From assembly GCA_016278615.1 (NCBI GenBank), contig JADQBM010000006.1:36206-100205 (forward strand): a stretch of 64,000 nt of DNA, in the 5' to 3' direction. The DNA is from Clostridia bacterium (GTDB taxonomy: Bacteria; Bacillota; Clostridia; Peptostreptococcales; JAAYPU01). The notes under the pieces were generated by a model. The model worked only from the letters and a program-made list of their open reading frames with translations, did not search any database and had not been told where the DNA came from. A program made the translations under genes and the position numbers. This document shows positions 39,118 through 47,324 of this stretch, in pieces. Every line of letters starts with the position of its first letter. Positions within the stretch are counted from its first letter, which is position 1.

Positions 39118-39579
39118 ATGAGTGCAATTGCAGTAGGTGTAGACGCACCGAACTTTACTGTAAAGGATCAGAATAACAATAATATAAGCTTATCAGATTT
39201 AAGAGGAAAAAAGGTTCTCTTATCTTGGCATCCTTTGGCCTGGACTCCAGTTTGTACCGATCAAATGCGAGGATTAGAAACCAATTTTCAAGAATTTCTT
39301 AATCTAAACACAGTACCCCTAGGTTTTAGTGTAGACTCTCAGCCTTGCAAAGCAGCATGGGCTACAGCACTACAAATTCATTATGTTAGTCTTCCGGCTG
39401 ACTTTTGGCCTCATGGTAAAGTTGCACAGGAATATGGCATATTTAACGACAAGATAGGGGTATCTGAGCGTGCCAATATCATTATAGACGAAAATGGCAA
39501 GGTAAAATGGGTGAAAGTTTACCCACCGGGACAACTTCCGGATATTAATGAGGTTTTGCAGGTTTTGGGAGAAGCGTAA
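39118..39579 (+). CDS. thiol peroxidase / peroxiredoxin (AhpC/TSA-Bcp-like)
   Basis: WHPLAWTPVCTDQ peroxidatic Cys context, 153 aa. Confidence 0.8.
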   Translation: MSAIAVGVDAPNFTVKDQNNNNISLSDLRGKKVLLSWHPLAWTPVCTDQMRGLETNFQEFLNLNTVPLGFSVDSQPCKAAWATALQIHYVSLPADFWPHGKVAQEYGIFNDKIGVSERANIIIDENGKVKWVKVYPPGQLPDINEVLQVLGEA

Positions 39580-39580
39580 A

Positions 39581-39720
39581 GAAGAAAGATTAAAAAGATA
39601 GATAAAAGATTAAAAAGATAGATAAAAGATAAGAAGATAGATAAGAGAAAAAGATAGATAAGAGATAACAGATAATAGTTAAGGTTGATTTTGCAACAAC
39701 TGCTAGCAAAATCTTCATTG
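39581..39720 (+). repeat. E6: longest solo arm, with a 22-nt higher-order duplication
   Basis: AGATTAAAAAGATAGATAAAAG occurs twice in tandem, then AGATAAN units, AGTTAAGG, GATTTTGC-aacaactgcta-GCAAAATC (39687-39713), TTCATTG. Confidence 0.85.
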
Positions 39721-39734
39721 ATTTATAAGTTCAG

Positions 39735-39951
39735 TGAGGTAGAGTAAAATCTATCTCGTTTTTTTATCTTAAAGATACTCCAGGGACATTCCTTAAAAAG
39801 ATAGACCCTTAAGCGAAAGGTGTGTCCCTTTACCTTTAATTTGAGTCCTTTAATTGAAATTTACTGCAAAACGGGCGCAAACCTGCTAATAAATACATTA
39901 AACATCTCTTACGTGTTGGAACTTAGAATGTATGAGGAACAGGGTGCAAAA
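39735..39951. repeat. X1: mosaic repeat copy (modules A+B)
   Basis: Module A 39735-39838 with 13-bp hairpin AGGGACATTCCTT/AAGGTGTGTCCCT (39781-39828); module B 39858-39951. Confidence 0.8.
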
Positions 39952-40097
39952 GTGGGGGAGATACTTGGTTTAAAGCGAAAAGATATATATCGTTACATTA
40001 TTTTACATTAATTGTTAATTTTATGCTATTATAATATTAAATAATCTTTATTGTCACAACAAATTTGTTGTGATAATATGTATAAAAGAGAGGTAAG

Positions 40098-40439
40098 ATG
40101 AAAATACATGCTTATACTACTAAAGGTGGTAAGAATGAAATATTCGGTTACTTAAATAGTCTACCAAATAAGGAAAAAGCTGAAGGCTATACAATTATTT
40201 CAATGTTAGAAGAAAAAGGTATGGAATTACTTAACATTTTGAATACACGGCAACTTCAAGGTAAGATTTGGGAAATTAAATTCTATAGACATAATAGAAT
40301 AATGTATATTTTAATAGATGAAGAAAATATTTTTTTACTACATGCTTGTAAGAAGCAAAAAAACAAAGCAGAAAAGAAAAATATAAATATAGCCGTTCAA
40401 AGAGCGAAGGAGATTTCACCTACTGTTTCTGCAGAATAA
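40098..40439 (+). CDS. higB: type II toxin, RelE/HigB-like (Gp49/DUF891-type)
   Basis: 113 aa; KIWEIKF...RIMY...LLHACKKQKNK pattern; toxin-first order with an XRE antitoxin gene downstream. Confidence 0.7.
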   Translation: MKIHAYTTKGGKNEIFGYLNSLPNKEKAEGYTIISMLEEKGMELLNILNTRQLQGKIWEIKFYRHNRIMYILIDEENIFLLHACKKQKNKAEKKNINIAVQRAKEISPTVSAE

Positions 40440-40476
40440 GTCCATGAGTAAACATGTAAGGAAAGGAGAAAAACAA

Positions 40477-40770
40477 ATGCCTTTTGAGCGTATTAATATT
40501 AAAGAATCCATTTCCCAGGAATGTGGAAAGAATGAAGAGTTCAGAGAAGCTTACAATGAAATGATGGAAGAATATAAATTAATTAGTTATGTGGTAAAAG
40601 CTAGAAAAGCAAAAGGATTAACCCAAGAAGCCTTAGCAAAAGCAATCGGTGTTAAACAACAAGAAATTTCCAGATTCGAGAATAGAAAACATATGCCGAC
40701 TTTATCTAATTTAACAAAAATTTTAGATGGTTTAGATTTGCAATTAAGCATTACTCCTAAAAAAAGATAG
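40477..40770 (+). CDS. higA: XRE-family HTH antitoxin (HigA-like)
   Basis: LTQEALAKAIGVKQQEISRFENRK HTH; AAAGGAG RBS before ATG 40477. Confidence 0.75.
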   Translation: MPFERINIKESISQECGKNEEFREAYNEMMEEYKLISYVVKARKAKGLTQEALAKAIGVKQQEISRFENRKHMPTLSNLTKILDGLDLQLSITPKKR

Positions 40771-40807
40771 TGTTTTGTAAAACAAAATAAGAAACGTTGC
40801 TTTTCTT

Positions 40808-41181
40808 GAGGTGGGTTAAAAATCTATCTCATTTTTTTATCTTAAGGATCGCCCAGGGACATTCCTTGGAAAGATAGACCCTTAAGCGAAAGGTGTGTCC
40901 CTGTACCTTAAATCTCTTCTTGTTTTGCAAACGAACCCTTAAGATAAGGTTAAGCTTCAGCATAGACGCGGTGCGCTAAGTCCTTGCAAATTGTGATGTA
41001 GGGACCGGTTCTGTAGTAAATAAGATACCCTAGGGACATTCCTTAGAAAGATAGACCTCTAAGGGAAAGGTGTGTCCCTTTACCTTTATATTTACTGCAA
41101 AACAAGCGCAAACCTGCTAATAAATACATTGAACATCTCTTACGTATTGAAACTTAAAATGTATGAGAACAGGGTGCAAAA
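40808..41181. repeat. X2: mosaic repeat copy (modules A+C+A'+B)
   Basis: A 40808-40910, C 40914-41021, partial A 41024-41086 inserted in the C/B hairpin loop, B 41090-41181. Confidence 0.8.
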
Positions 41182-41292
41182 TGAAAAGCAAGAATACTTA
41201 AGAGAGGTAGCCCCCAGGCATTCTAAATCAACTTTTGCACACAAAATAGTGAGTTGGATGTAATAGTTCAAGGGGGAGACGTTCAATCTATT

Positions 41293-41516
41293 TCTTCTTG
41301 TTTTGCAAACGAACCCTTAAGGTAGGGTTAAGCTTCAGCATAGACGCGGTGCGCTAAATCCTTTCAACATATGATGTAGGGACCGGTTTTGCAGTAAATG
41401 ATATTTAAGTTCTTTAAAGGAAATTTACTGCAAAACAGATGCAAACCTGCGAATAAATAGATTAAACATCTCTTACGTATTGGAACTTAGAATGTATTAG
41501 AAACAGGGTGCAAAAG
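41293..41516. repeat. X3: mosaic repeat copy (modules C+B), the cleanest ~225-nt unit
   Basis: C 41293-41399, B 41423-41516. 14-bp IR GTTTTGCAGTAAAT/ATTTACTGCAAAAC; possible closing helix TTTTGCA (41301-07)/TGCAAAA (41509-15). Confidence 0.8.
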
Positions 41517-41563
41517 TTAAATTTAAACAAAAAGATTATAGGATGAACCTATAATCTTTTTCT

Positions 41564-41606
41564 TGGTGCCGAAGGCGGGACTTGAAGACGGGCGGCCGTC
41601 TGCCGA
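41564..41606 (-). pseudogene. tRNA-Leu 3'-end fragment (internally deleted copy)
   Basis: TGGTGCCGAAGGCGGGACTTGAA is identical to the first 23 nt of the intact tRNA at 41750; preceded by a similar terminator hairpin. Confidence 0.6.
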
Positions 41607-41749
41607 TCTTTTGTGTCATGTTTGTATTGATGATGTTGTTTATTTGATTTCTATATAGCATTTGAAAGTGTCCGCTTCTTTACGCGGGTTCTTCGCACCC
41701 ACCTTTCAGACAATTAAAAAATCATAGGATAACCCTATGATTTTTTAAT

Positions 41750-41836
41750 TGGTGCCGAAGGCGGGACTTGAACCCGCACGTTGTTACCAACACTGGATTT
41801 TGAGTCCAGCGCGTCTGCCAATTCCACCACTTCGGC
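41750..41836 (-). tRNA. tRNA-Leu (anticodon CAA), CCA encoded
   Basis: Reverse complement reads GCCGAAGTGGTGGAATTGGCAGACGCGCTGGACTCAAAATCCAG...GCGGGTTCAAGTCCCGCCTTCGGCACCA; anticodon loop CTCAAAA. Confidence 0.9.
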
Positions 41837-41964
41837 AAGTCACTTAACAATAATAGCATATTCCATATAAATATTCAAGAAAAATTAAATTCTATATTAT
41901 GTAAAAAAATAAAGGAATTTGAATTTTTTAGGAGAATATAAATAATTCATAAGGGGGGATAGAA

Positions 41965-42753
41965 TTGTCTAATAAGCAGCTCTATAAATTAGCTTTCGGA
42001 TTCTTCATGATTGTTATCTCTTGTTGTGTTTATTATTTTCAAGATATCAACAATCATGATTCTGAGATTGCAATTGATAGTGAAGGTTTTCAAGAAGAAG
42101 AAATGCAACCTCCTGAAATATTTGTAGATATCTCAGGGGAGGTCTTGGAGCCGGGATTTATCGAACTTCCATTCAACTCTAAGGTTTTTGAAGCTATTAA
42201 TGTTGCAGGAGGTCTTTCAGAAAAAGCTAATATTAGAGTCATCAATGTGGTTCAGACGCTTACAGATGGTGAAAAGGTATTTATACCAAGCCAAGAAGAA
42301 GCAAATCAAATAAAAGGACTCATCCCTGTAAAAGATATTTTTGATGATAGAGGTGAACCCGTATATGTCAGTATCATCGGGGCAATTGATACGCCTTGTG
42401 TGGTTATTGCAAGTTCAGAGTGCCGAGTTATTGATGCCCTCGATGCTGCAGGGGGACCCACAATAAAAGCCGATATGAATCGAGTCAATCTCGCAGAAAG
42501 GCTTATTGATGGAATGAATCTTTACATACCAAAAAAAGGAGAAGATAACAAGACACTTAATCAAGTCAATATAAATACAGCCAGTCAACTTGAATTACAA
42601 CAATTAAGTGGTATTGGGGAAGTGCTGGCAAGCGAGATTGTAAAATACAGAGATGAAAATGGTTTCTTTAAAAAAAGTGAAGACATCATGAAAGTCCCCG
42701 GCATAGGTCAAGGGAAATTTAATAATATCAAAGAAGATGTTTGTATTTATTAA
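41965..42753 (+). CDS. comEA: ComEA-like DNA receptor (SLBB domains plus C-terminal HhH)
   Basis: VNINTASQLELQQLSGIGEVLASEIVKYRDENGFFKKSEDIMKVPGIG; membrane anchor; TTG start after AAGGGGGG. Confidence 0.8.
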   Translation: MSNKQLYKLAFGFFMIVISCCVYYFQDINNHDSEIAIDSEGFQEEEMQPPEIFVDISGEVLEPGFIELPFNSKVFEAINVAGGLSEKANIRVINVVQTLTDGEKVFIPSQEEANQIKGLIPVKDIFDDRGEPVYVSIIGAIDTPCVVIASSECRVIDALDAAGGPTIKADMNRVNLAERLIDGMNLYIPKKGEDNKTLNQVNINTASQLELQQLSGIGEVLASEIVKYRDENGFFKKSEDIMKVPGIGQGKFNNIKEDVCIY

Positions 42754-42958
42754 AAAAGCCATCAAATAAATAACTAAAAATTACTAAAGAGTTTTGTATC
42801 ATATGGCAAAATTCTTTTTTTATTGGCCTAAAAATCCCAAGATGTATAAAATTAGAAATAATTGCAAATAATACTTTCGAGACGAATTCTATGGTAATGC
42901 AATTTTTTATCAAAATATTTTATAAAAAGAAATTGTCTGTTTTAAAGAGGTGTTAAAC

Positions 42959-43624
42959 ATGTTTAATAGTAAAAGAAAAGGAAAATTGTTCAGTAAATTA
43001 TTTGTTATAACCATTATTGCACTTTTTGTATATGGTTATATTTTAGATGAAGAAAATATGGATTATTTTAAAAATTTATATTCCAAAAATGAGCCGGATT
43101 CTAATGAAATGAATGACCCAAATAATGAAAGTCAAAATGCAGATTCAGCTAAAGATGAAGATCCAAATACCATAAATCCAGTTAATCAACCTTCAAATAA
43201 TCTAAAAACACTTTCATCTGATACAAAACTTATATTCAAAACTTATAATAACGATAATAATGAAATTTCTACTCAAGAATTGGACATTCCTAAAGATTTA
43301 ATCAATTTATCTATTGATGATGCAAAAGTTTACATTGCTGAGAATTACTCAAATTGGATTGTAAATGATATTAATCAGGATTATATTGAGGTATTTAAAA
43401 CATCACAACAAGATGTCTTTGTTGAACCCTATTATCTTATTAAAGAAACAGAAGGGAAAATTTACATATATGAATTTAATGAAAAAGGGGAACAAAAAAT
43501 GGTACAGGAAACTAATATCGTTTTCAATTTATTAAGTGAATCAGATCAAGCACTTTTTAAAGATGGAATCGTCAAATATGATATGGAAGAAGTCACAGAA
43601 ATCATGCAAGATTTCGAAAGTTAA
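42959..43624 (+). CDS. hypothetical membrane-anchored protein with N/D-rich linker
   Basis: N-terminal TM, low-complexity region, globular C-terminus; upstream of spoIVB. Confidence 0.45.
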   Translation: MFNSKRKGKLFSKLFVITIIALFVYGYILDEENMDYFKNLYSKNEPDSNEMNDPNNESQNADSAKDEDPNTINPVNQPSNNLKTLSSDTKLIFKTYNNDNNEISTQELDIPKDLINLSIDDAKVYIAENYSNWIVNDINQDYIEVFKTSQQDVFVEPYYLIKETEGKIYIYEFNEKGEQKMVQETNIVFNLLSESDQALFKDGIVKYDMEEVTEIMQDFES

Positions 43625-43714
43625 TGTTTACTGAATTAATATTATGTAACCATTAGCAAAATCTGCAAAGCATAAACATTTATAAATAAGGCAACATTAA
43701 TTTTAACAGATTAT

Positions 43715-45037
43715 ATGAGGAGAGTGATTTTTTTGTATAAGGTATCAAGATCAAGCCTTTTTTATATATGTTTGGTTTTCATGTTGTTTTTTTCTTTAAG
43801 TTTTTCTTACTATATTTATAGCATTCCAGATAATATTGATATTTTTGAGAATGAAACCAGGTCATTTCATCTCAACTTTCCTTTTTCTCTAAGTTTTAAT
43901 GATTCGGAAGATATACTGGAACACTCGTATCTTAATCACACTGTGAGACATTCATATAACATTTCTCCTCTTCAATTAGGGAATTCTAATTTAAAACTCA
44001 CTTTGTTTGGGAAAATCCCAGTAAAGGATATTGCAGTTAATGTTATTCCCGATTGTCAGGTAATTCCAGGAGGGCATTCCATAGGTGTGAAAATGAACAT
44101 AAAAGGTGTTTTAGTTGTTGGAATGGAAGAAATTGAAAATAATGAAGGTAGTTTTATAAATCCCAGTTTAGAGGCAGGCCTTCAAATTGGCGATGTCCTC
44201 TTATCCATTAACGGTACAGATGTAACAAATTCTTCCCATGTCCAAGATTTAATAAATGATTCTTCCAAAGAGGTAAATGTAAGAGTGAAACGAAAGGATG
44301 AAATTTATAATTTCACTGTGCATCCAGTTTTTTCAAAATTAGATAATTCCTATAGAATTGGGCTCTGGGTTCGTGATAAAACGGCTGGAGTTGGCACTTT
44401 AACTTTTTTTAATGAAGCAAATAAGGCCTTTGGAGCTTTAGGACATGCCATTACGGATGTGGACACTGGGATTCTTTTTAATGTTCAGGATGGTGAAATA
44501 TTAAACTCAAAAGTATTATCTGTACAACAAGGCAAATCAGGACATCCCGGCGAAATTAAAGGTATCTTTTATGAAGCAGACAAACCAATTGGCGCTTTGC
44601 GCTCAAATACTGAATTCGGAATTTTTGGTGAAATCTACAATAGTATTGAAAACCCTATGATTCATTCGTCTATACCTATAGGGTATCAAAATGATATTAA
44701 GAAAGGTAAAGCCCATATCTATACTACGCTTGAAGGAAACAAAATAGAAAAATTTGAAGTCTATATAGAAAAGATTAATTATCAAACGAAACCCGATACA
44801 AAAAGTATGATTATCAGAGTAACAGACGATCGCTTGCTTAATAAAAGCGGCGGGATAGTACAAGGCATGAGCGGAAGTCCAATTATACAAAATAATAAAC
44901 TTATTGGAGCTGTTACCCATGTTTTTGTTAATGATCCCAGCAAAGGATATGGCATATTTATTGAATGGATGTTAAAAGCGTCTGAGCTCAATATAAACGA
45001 GGATCAGCTTGTGAATAACTTGAATATGGCAAACTAA
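43715..45037 (+). CDS. spoIVB: SpoIVB signalling serine peptidase (S55)
   Basis: PDZ region (GLQIGDVLLSINGT), GTLTFF...GALGHAI, catalytic GMSGSPI; true start may be TTG 43733. Confidence 0.9.
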   Translation: MRRVIFLYKVSRSSLFYICLVFMLFFSLSFSYYIYSIPDNIDIFENETRSFHLNFPFSLSFNDSEDILEHSYLNHTVRHSYNISPLQLGNSNLKLTLFGKIPVKDIAVNVIPDCQVIPGGHSIGVKMNIKGVLVVGMEEIENNEGSFINPSLEAGLQIGDVLLSINGTDVTNSSHVQDLINDSSKEVNVRVKRKDEIYNFTVHPVFSKLDNSYRIGLWVRDKTAGVGTLTFFNEANKAFGALGHAITDVDTGILFNVQDGEILNSKVLSVQQGKSGHPGEIKGIFYEADKPIGALRSNTEFGIFGEIYNSIENPMIHSSIPIGYQNDIKKGKAHIYTTLEGNKIEKFEVYIEKINYQTKPDTKSMIIRVTDDRLLNKSGGIVQGMSGSPIIQNNKLIGAVTHVFVNDPSKGYGIFIEWMLKASELNINEDQLVNNLNMAN

Positions 45038-45089
45038 CTGTATTTTATTGTTACAAATAATATTTTTTATAATAATTATCAGTTATTGA

Positions 45090-45116
45090 GAAGGATTTTT
45101 TATCCAGTTGTCGAAT
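45090..45116 (+). promoter_or_regulatory. sigma-H-type promoter with embedded 0A box upstream of spo0A
   Basis: GAAGGATTT (45090-98), 11-nt spacer, GTCGAAT (45110-16) fits RNAGGAWWW-N11-12-RNNGAAT; TGTCGAA 0A box at 45109-45115. Confidence 0.55.
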
Positions 45117-45158
45117 ATATAATTAAATCAACAAAAAACAAAAGGGGGGCGTATATTT

Positions 45159-45959
45159 ATGGAACATATTAGAATAGGGATTGCTGACGATAATAATGAT
45201 TTCTGTGATATTTTAACAGAATTCTTGGATCGTCAGCAGGAAATTGAAGTAATTTGGACTGCAAAAGATGGGTTAAATGCGGTGGATATGATATCTGAAA
45301 ATGTACCAGATGTATTAATTCTGGATATTATCATGCCACATTTGGATGGACTTGGTGTTCTGGAGAAAATAGCAACGATGAATATAGAACAAGATTTAAA
45401 GGTAATTGTTCTATCTGCAGTAGGACAAGAATACATAACCCACAAAGCAATCAATATGGGTGCTGATTATTACATTGTTAAACCCTTTGATTTTAACACT
45501 CTTACCAAACGAATTTATCAATTAGCGGGAAAGGCAGATGGGCTCAGCCAGATTAATAAAAAGAATATATCAAAGTCATTATTTAAGTCACTTGGCAATG
45601 ATTTACCAGATCTTGAAACAGACATTACAAGTGTCATTCATGAAGTAGGGGTCCCAGCACATATAAAAGGTTACCAATACTTAAGAGAAGCGATTACCCT
45701 TGTTGTTGGAAATATTGAATTATTAAGTGCTGTTACTAAGGAATTATATCCATCTATTGCTAAAAAATATAATACCACCCCAAGTAGGGTCGAACGAGCT
45801 ATCCGTCATGCAATAGAAGTGGCGTGGAATAGAGGAAAAATTGATACCATTAATTCTTTATTTGGTTATACGGTTCATAACGATAAAGGCAAACCAACTA
45901 ACAGTGAGTTCATAGCCATTATAGCGGATAAATTGAGACTGGAAAGAAAAGCTGTTTAA
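45159..45959 (+). CDS. spo0A: sporulation master regulator Spo0A
   Basis: REC domain ([14 protein letters not shown]) plus Spo0A-specific C-domain [33 protein letters not shown]. Confidence 0.95.
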   Translation: MEHIRIGIADDNNDFCDILTEFLDRQQEIEVIWTAKDGLNAVDMISENVPDVLILDIIMPHLDGLGVLEKIATMNIEQDLKVIVLSAVGQEYITHKAINMGADYYIVKPFDFNTLTKRIYQLAGKADGLSQINKKNISKSLFKSLGNDLPDLETDITSVIHEVGVPAHIKGYQYLREAITLVVGNIELLSAVTKELYPSIAKKYNTTPSRVERAIRHAIEVAWNRGKIDTINSLFGYTVHNDKGKPTNSEFIAIIADKLRLERKAV

Positions 45960-45963
45960 AAAT

Positions 45964-45990
45964 AAAAAAAGGGTGTTAGCCCTTTTTTTT
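45964..45990 (+). terminator. intrinsic terminator after spo0A
   Basis: A7-GGGT-gtta-GCCC-T8. Confidence 0.75.
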
Positions 45991-46040
45991 ATTTTATAAA
46001 AAGTTATAATATAGATATCATAATAAATGGAGTGATTAAT

Positions 46041-46217
46041 ATGTTATCTAAAGAAAAGTTAAATCGTTTAAATTTTTTAGCACGAAAATCAAAAACCACA
46101 CAATTATCAGATAAAGAGAAAGAAGAACAAGCTGAATTAAGAAATGAGTATTTATTAAAATTTAAAAGCAATTTTAGAAAACAATTAGAAAACATTGAAT
46201 TTGTGGATGATAAATAA
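46041..46217 (+). CDS. UPF0291/DUF896 small protein (YnzC-like)
   Basis: MLSKEKLNRLNFLARKSK...LSDKEKEEQAELRNEYL. Confidence 0.7.
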   Translation: MLSKEKLNRLNFLARKSKTTQLSDKEKEEQAELRNEYLLKFKSNFRKQLENIEFVDDK

Positions 46218-46307
46218 TAAAAATAAATTTTGACAACAGCTTTTAACATTTTTTTTTGCTTATAGAGTTTATGATATATCTATCTCTTATAGAAAGGACT
46301 TTTTTCT

Positions 46308-46775
46308 TTGAATAGATATATGCAAAAACTCTTTTTCATTTTGTTATTTCTTTTAATGATTTTTAGCTTAAATTATTTCAGAACAGAAAGAATCAGCACT
46401 GTATTAGATGACATCATGTCAGAACGCATTGAAATTATTGAAAATACAGCATATGGAGAGCACTCCTATATGCATGCTGAGGATCTTTTAAGTGAAATCA
46501 TTGATAATCCACTTTTACAATCAGATATAGAATTTTTAAAAGCTATAGATCAGAATCCAACAGAGCTGGATTTAGTTCGGGATATAGAAATCGGAAAGAT
46601 TGAAAAAGTTCAAACACTAGATGATACAGTCACCCTTTGGGCCACCATTCTCTGGACTATGGAAGGACCTAATGGTACTTATTCTGAATTATCCACCTAT
46701 GCTTTTGAAATGCTTAAAGATGGCAACACCTATATCTTGTGCGATTATTATCCAATAAATTATGAGCTCAAATAA
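46308..46775 (+). CDS. hypothetical membrane-anchored protein
   Basis: N-terminal TM; AAAGGA RBS 9 nt before TTG 46308. Confidence 0.45.
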   Translation: MNRYMQKLFFILLFLLMIFSLNYFRTERISTVLDDIMSERIEIIENTAYGEHSYMHAEDLLSEIIDNPLLQSDIEFLKAIDQNPTELDLVRDIEIGKIEKVQTLDDTVTLWATILWTMEGPNGTYSELSTYAFEMLKDGNTYILCDYYPINYELK

Positions 46776-46794
46776 TAACACTTAAATAACAAAA

Positions 46795-46818
46795 CGCCTC
46801 ATTATTGAGGCGTTTTTT
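46795..46818 (+). terminator. intrinsic terminator
   Basis: CGCCTCA-ttat-TGAGGCG followed by T6. Confidence 0.85.
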
Positions 46819-46905
46819 ATTAAAAATGTTTCTTGACAATAAAAAACGGGTATACTATACTTAGATTAAATCCGAGTACACTACTGGGAATTAGGAGGAC
46901 GTAAA

Positions 46906-47310
46906 ATGTGGTTATCTACTAAAACCCGCTACGGTTTAAAAGCCATTTATGAAATTGGAATGCATGAAAAAAGCCCCATTGCTTTAAACACCATTGCTTC
47001 CAAACATGAAATTTCTTTGAGCTATTTGGAACAGATCATAGCACTTTTAAAGAAAGATGGACTCATTAGGAGCACCAGAGGTCCACATGGTGGTTATTCC
47101 TTAGCAAAACCTCCCGAAAAGATTTATGTTGGAGATATTATTCGAGCTTTAGAAGGCTCATATGCCCCAACAGAATGTGTAGAGGAAAATGACTTGTGTA
47201 ATCTGCGAACCTCTTGTGTGACACATTATGTTTATAAAAAAATAAATGACAGTATAACCGAAGTCGTCGATCATATGACTCTAAAGGATTTAATGGATCA
47301 AATGCTATAA
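46906..47310 (+). CDS. iscR: Rrf2-family regulator (IscR/CymR-like)
   Basis: STKTRYGLKAIYEI..., HTH ISLSYLEQIIALLKKDGLIRSTRGPHGGY; three Cys (C..C.....C) for a cluster. Confidence 0.85.
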   Translation: MWLSTKTRYGLKAIYEIGMHEKSPIALNTIASKHEISLSYLEQIIALLKKDGLIRSTRGPHGGYSLAKPPEKIYVGDIIRALEGSYAPTECVEENDLCNLRTSCVTHYVYKKINDSITEVVDHMTLKDLMDQML

Positions 47311-47324
47311 AGGAGATGATTTTA

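Noticed and set aside
38931-39720. Heptamer tracts as a CRISPR array, Fur boxes (GATAAT hexamers) or DnaA boxes (TTATC...)
   Set aside because: Units are 7 nt with no spacers, so this is not CRISPR. The period of 7 and the lack of the 19-bp Fur dyad or the TTATNCACA 9-mer argue against Fur or DnaA sites. Occurrence at gene 3' ends, rather than promoters or an origin, also does not fit.
39820-40011. 63-aa ORF, and its look-alike at 41072..41263, sharing IYCKT.ANLLINTLNISYVL
   Set aside because: The similarity is at the nucleotide level (module B). Copies differ by a 1-nt indel (GAGGAAC vs GAGAAC) and copy 3 has an in-frame stop (TATTAG). There is no RBS. This is repeat DNA/RNA, not a gene family.
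39735-41516. Integron-like attC cassette array (CALIN) around higBA
   Set aside because: The main inverted repeat starts GTTTTGC and ends GCAAAAC, the opposite polarity to attC (RYYYAAC...GTTRRRY). No intI gene is present, and I am not aware of classical integrons being typical of Firmicutes.
41684-41701. Possible second, +-strand tRNA-Leu 3' remnant (GCGGGTTC..TTCGCACCCA)
   Set aside because: Only two ~8-nt blocks match the 3' end of tRNA-Leu(GAG). That is too short to separate from chance.
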